Source: Acidobacteriota bacterium (GTDB lineage: Bacteria > Acidobacteriota > UBA6911 > JACQSX01). From it: a DNA stretch of 20,873 bases. The stretch's first letter is position 1. Each line of letters starts with the position of its first letter. The stretch is taken from positions 1 through 20,873 of the forward strand of contig DASXQR010000176.1 in NCBI GenBank assembly GCA_036507075.1, given 5' to 3'. Shown piece by piece: positions 16,318 through 20,873 of this stretch. The notes beneath the pieces were generated by a model. The model did not search any database. It was given only the letters and a program-made list of their open reading frames with translations, and was not told the DNA's origin. The translations under genes and the position numbers were made by a program.

Positions 16318-16785
16318 CTATTTCACCTCATCCGTCCAGGGCTGCAGGCTGGCCAGATACTCACGACCTTGGTCAAAATCCTTCCTGATGTGCCACCTCA
16401 CGCTGCCTATCTCGCGCGCCTCGGCCAGCGCTCTGTGGATGGCGGTGACTGCGGACGCCGCGACACGGCGGTCGCGGCCGCCCAGAAGAAAGCCAAGAAC
16501 TCCGCGCCTCTTCTCAATCCGCCCGATCCACAGTCCCTCCTTCACATCCCTGCCGCCCGGCCGATATGCCAGGAAGCAGCGGTATTTCCCCTCCGGCACC
16601 GTAAAGTTGAAGTACCAGCCGGCGTCATTCTGTAATGGCTCGCTGTCGGCCTGGACACCACTTTCGCCCAGTTTGTGGATAAGCCATTTGCAGACGTCAT
16701 CTCCGAAGGATTTCTGGTTGATGAAGTAATCCTTCTCTACCGACGTGTTAAAGAAAACGCTCTGGAAAGTTACTACAGTTCGCAT
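16318..16785 (-). CDS. Hypothetical protein (155 aa; start reassigned to MRTVVTFQS...)
   Basis: Globular-looking sequence FNTSVEKDYFINQKSFGDDVCKWLI...GWYFNF...LWIGRIE. Starting at 16785 instead of 16875 removes the overlap with the upstream ORF. Confidence 0.75.
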   Translation of the reverse strand: MRTVVTFQSVFFNTSVEKDYFINQKSFGDDVCKWLIHKLGESGVQADSEPLQNDAGWYFNFTVPEGKYRCFLAYRPGGRDVKEGLWIGRIEKRRGVLGFLLGGRDRRVAASAVTAIHRALAEAREIGSVRWHIRKDFDQGREYLASLQPWTDEVK

Positions 16786-16804
16786 TCTCGGTCTTAAGAG
16801 CCCA

Positions 16805-17113
16805 CTACTGCGTCTTGGGCTTTGATCGCTCTCGCCGGGCCTGAGGCTGTTCCACTCGTTTGACGTGAACATCAACGTAGAAAAGCTTCACCTCCCGTTT
16901 GTCGCGCCGCCTGTCTGGATTCCCGTACCCGAAACGAACCTGCCGCACTTCGAATTCCACGGCAACATTTTCCCGCTCAGGATCTGGAAAGATGACGACG
17001 TCCCCCGCGCGCGGCAGAATCGGAGCATTCTGCCAACTCGCGCCGACAGACATTTCGCCCTTGCCCTCTTCAACGAACCTGATAATCGGCGGTACGAATT
17101 TATCTTCACCCAT
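16805..17113 (-). CDS. Hypothetical protein (102 aa; start reassigned to MGEDKF...)
   Basis: Fills the gap between the receptor gene and the next gene co-directionally; beta-rich pattern PILPRAGDVVIF...FEVRQVRFGY...VDVHVKRV. Confidence 0.6.
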   Translation of the reverse strand: MGEDKFVPPIIRFVEEGKGEMSVGASWQNAPILPRAGDVVIFPDPERENVAVEFEVRQVRFGYGNPDRRRDKREVKLFYVDVHVKRVEQPQARRERSKPKTQ

Positions 17114-17124
17114 TGTTCCGCGAG

Positions 17125-20100
17125 CTACCAATAAAACTTCAACCCGAGCTGCATCTGACGCGGGTCATTGACTTGACTGTTCACGACTCCGAACTCATTG
17201 CTGTTCAGATTGGTGCTGCCCGTGCCGAACACCGTTCGGTTGAACATGTTGAACACCTCCCAGCGAAAATCGAAGCGCCGGTCTTCGCCGAGCCCGAAGC
17301 TCTTGGCTACGCTGATATTCTCAGTCAGCCCGGGGAATGCACGGACCTTCGGGTTGAAGCGCGTCGCGTTCCCAAAGGCATCGGGCTGCGCCGGGAAAAC
17401 GGAGCGATTCAGGAAGCGATCGCGGCCGGGATCGAATTTATCGCCCGCAATCGGCGCCCTCCAGTTGTCGTATCCGGTGATCGTCGGGCGTGTCAGGCTG
17501 TTCAAAATCGGCAACGGATTGTTGCGCGTGAGAGCGATCGGGAATCCACTCACGTAGGCCTGGATCAGACCGACGCGCCAGCCGCCGAGAATATGAGAGG
17601 CGAAGCCGTCGCTAAGCCAACGCCGGCCGCCGCCAAATGGCAGCTCGTAAAGCGTGTTTAACTTGAGGGCATGAGTCTGGTCGAATTGCCCGATCGATTT
17701 CTCGGCCCTGCGATTGTACTGGTCCTGAGCTCCGCTTCCCGTGAAGTAGGTGTCCGAGTCGGTGAAGATCTTTGAAAATGTGTAGTTCCACTGGAACAGC
17801 AGGCCTTGTGAGAAGCGCCGCTCGGCCTTGACCACCAGTGTGTGATAGGCCGAGTGGCCGCTCTTGTCGCCGCCCTGTGAGCCGGTCACAATGTTCAGAT
17901 ACTGCGGGAACGGGCGCAGCGACTGCGCCACGGTGCGCTGCTGCTGAATCGCTGGGTCGGAGAACTGCGGATACGGGAGCGCGATGCCGTTATCGCGCGC
18001 GAGCTGCGAGGTCGCCTGCGCGCGTAAGAGAGCCGCGGCGCCCGCCGCACCGAGCCGGCTTACAAAACTATTCCAGACCGCAGTCGGCACCTGGTTCAAA
18101 TTGACGAGACCCGTTTGTAAATGCGCTCCGACGGTGGCGTTGTAGGCCACCTCGAGGACCGTAGCCGGGGTCAACTGCCGCTGGATCGAAAAGGTCCAGT
18201 AATAAGTCTCCGGGGCACGAGCGGCGTCGCTCAACTGCCAGTGATCGACGTTATTGTTATTTGAGAAGCTGGGATCGATCAGTGGAGGAAGGGGATAGGG
18301 GGGCAAGCCGTCATCCCAGTTATAAAGCTTCGTGATTCCCTGACTGGTGGAGTCGAAAACGTACTGGCCGATGAAGCCGGCAAAGTGCCCGGAACCGCTC
18401 ACCACTGTGACCTTAGAGAAAGAGCGGCCGAAGGCGGCCCGTAGCGCCGTCTTGTCGGTTGGCGCAAACGCGATCCCGAGGCGCGGTCCGATGCCGCCAT
18501 ACCAGCCCGGCACCAGGCTGCGCCGGTTGTCGCGCCCGGGACCAAAGCCCGCGAAGCGAAGCGCGCCGGGATAGTTGTTGACCTTCGGATTCGGCCGGTC
18601 CGGGGTAAAGTCCGAATACTGATCGTTCAGCGTGACGGGCGGCTGGGTGAACTCGTACCTCAAGCCAAGGTTCACTGTCAGGCGCCGGCTGAGGCGCCAG
18701 TCATCCTGGAAATAGAAGCCGTAGTACCGATAGAGCTGCGGCACGCTGCGGACCGTTTCGGTGCGGCCAAAGATGGCTTCGCCCAGCAGGAAGGAGGCAA
18801 ACGAACTGCCACTGGTGGCACTGGTAGCGCCCGGAACGGACGTGGTCAGGTAACTGAACCTGGCGCGCCCGGCAATGTCCTGCTGTCCGAAGCCAACCGC
18901 CCGCTGGCTTTGGAAAGCGGCGCCCATTTTGTAGTTGTGTCTTCCCCAGTTGAGACTGAAGTCGTCCTTGTAGGACCACAATGGCTGCTTGGTTCCGTTG
19001 TCGGCAGAGCCACCCCAGGTGGAGAACTCGGTGAACTCGACGGCGGGAAAATTCACCTTACAGTCGACCGCTCCCTTGAAGCAGAGGCCGAAATCCTTGC
19101 CGACGTTTGGCGAAAGGCTGTCCTTGAAGAACTTGTTGCCGCCGATCGAAAGGTGGTTCAGCGCGCGGTTTGAGATCGTCCAGTCGTGGCTCACCCGGTA
19201 GGCAGAAGTGTTGAAGATCTGCTCCTGACCAGTCCAGAGCGGCAAGGGCAGACCGGGCGGGCCCGAAGCACCGACTTCCTGGCTGAAGTTGGTAACGTTC
19301 ATGAAGAAGCCGAGATGGTGTTTAGTCGAGAGCGTGTGGTCGATCTTCAAGCTCACCTTGGTCTGTGGATTGAGAATCGCTCCGGAAGTAACGATGTAGT
19401 TACTCCGCACGTAGCCGGACGTCCCCGGCTGGGCTCCCCTATTCGGCTGGACCTTTTGGCCGAACTTCATGACCTGCTTGGTGAACGCGCTGAAGCGATT
19501 CTGCGGGATGATATTGTTGGGGAAAGGATCGCGGATGAATCCCGTGCCGTTCGGATTCGGCCTGGTCGTGGCCGGGTCGTATAACTGCAATAGCCGCCCA
19601 TTCCCATCGACCCATTTGGAGAAGTCGCCATTGTACATCTCCGACGTCGGCACGCTGAAGGTAAGGTCATTGGCCCCAACGCGGTTTCGAAAACCCTCGA
19701 ACGCGAAGAAGAAGAAGGTCCGGTTCTTTCCGTTGTAGAGCTTCGGGATCCAGACCGGGCCACCCAGGCTGGCGCCGAAATCATTCTGTTTGTAGACCGA
19801 CTTGGTTTTTGGAAAGAATCCGCGCGCGTCCAGAGCGTCATTTCGCAGGAAGTCATAGGCCGAGCCGTGAATCCGATTCGTGCCGCTCTTGGAGACAAAT
19901 GTCATCACGCCACCACCGGCCTGGCCATACTCGGCCTTGAAGCCGTTAGTGTCGACGGTGAACTCCGTGATCGCTTCGACCGAGGGCGCGTTGTAGGCGA
20001 TTTCGGCGGCATCGGCCGAGCGGTTCGTCGTCACCGAAATGCCGTCCAGCGTGGCGTCCCAGGCAGCAGCCTGACCGCCACCGAGCGAAAGCTGGTTGTT

Positions 20101-20613
20101 GCGGCCCTTGGCCTCCGCGGTGATAGCGACCAGGTCAAAAGGGCTGCGCAAAGCGCCTCCTACGACAAGCGGCAGCTCATCTACCAGACGGTTCTGGACA
20201 GCGGTCGAGATCTTGGCATTCTCGGTTTGCAGACGCGCCAAATCGGGGGTCACCTGGACGACGTCGGAGAGTTCGCCGAGCTCGAGCTTGATATCGAGGC
20301 GCACGGTGGTTACCGCCGTCACAACCACCTTGTCGGCAAGGTATTTCTTGAAACCGGGCAGGCTGACCTGGACCTGATAGGTGCCTGGCGCAACCGGAAC
20401 GTTGTATTCGCCTCCCGCCCCGCTGATGGTGCCTTTGGCCACGTTCGTTCCGGTCGCCACAATCGTAATCTCCGCGCCGGGAATGACAGCGCCGCTCGGG
20501 TCAGTCACCACACCCGTAATGTTCCCCCATTCGGACTGCCCCAGAAGGGGAACTGCAGCAAGAAGACAAAAGAGTGCCAGTGCGAGTTTCTGACGGTGAG
20601 AAGATCGCAGCAT
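17125..20613 (-). CDS. TonB-dependent receptor-like outer-membrane protein with N-terminal carboxypeptidase-regulatory-like domain (Oar-like)
   Basis: Signal peptide, GNITGVVTDPSGAVIPGAEI, PSVEAITEFTVDTNGFKAEYGQAGG, SKSGTNRIHGSAYDFLRNDALDAR, YFQDDWRLSRRLTVNLGLRYE, terminal PRQMQLGLKFYW; GGAGG SD. Confidence 0.95.
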   Translation of the reverse strand: MLRSSHRQKLALALFCLLAAVPLLGQSEWGNITGVVTDPSGAVIPGAEITIVATGTNVAKGTISGAGGEYNVPVAPGTYQVQVSLPGFKKYLADKVVVTAVTTVRLDIKLELGELSDVVQVTPDLARLQTENAKISTAVQNRLVDELPLVVGGALRSPFDLVAITAEAKGRNNQLSLGGGQAAAWDATLDGISVTTNRSADAAEIAYNAPSVEAITEFTVDTNGFKAEYGQAGGGVMTFVSKSGTNRIHGSAYDFLRNDALDARGFFPKTKSVYKQNDFGASLGGPVWIPKLYNGKNRTFFFFAFEGFRNRVGANDLTFSVPTSEMYNGDFSKWVDGNGRLLQLYDPATTRPNPNGTGFIRDPFPNNIIPQNRFSAFTKQVMKFGQKVQPNRGAQPGTSGYVRSNYIVTSGAILNPQTKVSLKIDHTLSTKHHLGFFMNVTNFSQEVGASGPPGLPLPLWTGQEQIFNTSAYRVSHDWTISNRALNHLSIGGNKFFKDSLSPNVGKDFGLCFKGAVDCKVNFPAVEFTEFSTWGGSADNGTKQPLWSYKDDFSLNWGRHNYKMGAAFQSQRAVGFGQQDIAGRARFSYLTTSVPGATSATSGSSFASFLLGEAIFGRTETVRSVPQLYRYYGFYFQDDWRLSRRLTVNLGLRYEFTQPPVTLNDQYSDFTPDRPNPKVNNYPGALRFAGFGPGRDNRRSLVPGWYGGIGPRLGIAFAPTDKTALRAAFGRSFSKVTVVSGSGHFAGFIGQYVFDSTSQGITKLYNWDDGLPPYPLPPLIDPSFSNNNNVDHWQLSDAARAPETYYWTFSIQRQLTPATVLEVAYNATVGAHLQTGLVNLNQVPTAVWNSFVSRLGAAGAAALLRAQATSQLARDNGIALPYPQFSDPAIQQQRTVAQSLRPFPQYLNIVTGSQGGDKSGHSAYHTLVVKAERRFSQGLLFQWNYTFSKIFTDSDTYFTGSGAQDQYNRRAEKSIGQFDQTHALKLNTLYELPFGGGRRWLSDGFASHILGGWRVGLIQAYVSGFPIALTRNNPLPILNSLTRPTITGYDNWRAPIAGDKFDPGRDRFLNRSVFPAQPDAFGNATRFNPKVRAFPGLTENISVAKSFGLGEDRRFDFRWEVFNMFNRTVFGTGSTNLNSNEFGVVNSQVNDPRQMQLGLKFYW

Positions 20614-20690
20614 GGCTTAACCTCCGACTTTGATGATTTCGGCTAATCCGGCGCTTCGAGCCGGTAATTTTGCCAGCCTGGGATGATCAC

Positions 20691-20719
20691 TTTATAAGCT
20701 TTTGCGGGCATAACGGCAA
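20691..20719 (-). promoter_or_regulatory. Candidate sigma70 promoter for the receptor operon
   Basis: -35 TTGCCG (20719-20714), 17 nt, -10 TATAAA (20696-20691); the -10 lacks the conserved final T. Confidence 0.35.
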
Positions 20720-20789
20720 GAAGGAACGGGAGCGCGCGACCCAGAGACGCGATACATCTCTTCTGAGGCGGGTGCAATAAATCGCGCTT

Positions 20790-20873
20790 GGAGAGACGGC
20801 CTGAGGGCCGTCTCAGGCGCCGCAAAGCGGCGCCTGGAGTTTGGACATCTGTAGCGACGCGGCATGCCGCGTC
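20790..20873. repeat. Second REP/REPIN-like cluster (cut by the window end)
   Basis: 20790-20819 is the exact reverse complement of 15817-15846; hairpin CAGGCGCCGC-AAA-GCGGCGCCTG at 20814-20836; 20851-20873 is identical to 15714-15736. Confidence 0.9.

Noticed and set aside
15727..16729. Plus-strand ORFs 15727-16002 and 15914-16729, and minus-strand ORF 15937-16146
   Set aside because: They overlap better-supported minus-strand genes, the RibD_C remnant or REP palindromes, and show no protein-like motifs.
16786..16875. N-terminal extension of the 185-aa ORF
   Set aside because: It overlaps the upstream gene and looks unstructured; the ATG at 16785 is more plausible.
20643..20825. 60-aa minus-strand ORF
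   Set aside because: Starts inside the REP cluster, has no SD or motif, and covers the probable receptor promoter.

Overview
Bacterial chromosomal window, probably from Acidobacteriota or a similar lineage (inferred from the Oar-like TonB-dependent receptor and gene style, not proven). Positions 171-9867 hold the first half of a canonical dcw cell-wall/division cluster on the minus strand (mraZ-rsmH-ftsL-ftsI-murE-murF-mraY-murD), with a clear sigma70 promoter and MraZ operator boxes. Next come a YchF-like ATPase, a ZIP metal transporter and proS on the plus strand. On the minus strand follow a LarA/DUF2088-like gene, a 5'-truncated RibD_C/DHFR-family remnant missed by the ORF track, three small genes and a 1162-aa TonB-dependent receptor. 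The most striking non-coding signal is that every sizeable intergenic gap carries a repeat element. Six are foldback elements made of inverted arms of short tandem units (three related or distinct 7-mer unit types and one 8/9-mer type) around unrelated spacers, often abutting stop codons. There are also solo tandem tracts and two REP/REPIN-like palindrome clusters that bracket the receptor block. No transposase or other enzyme for these elements is in the window.
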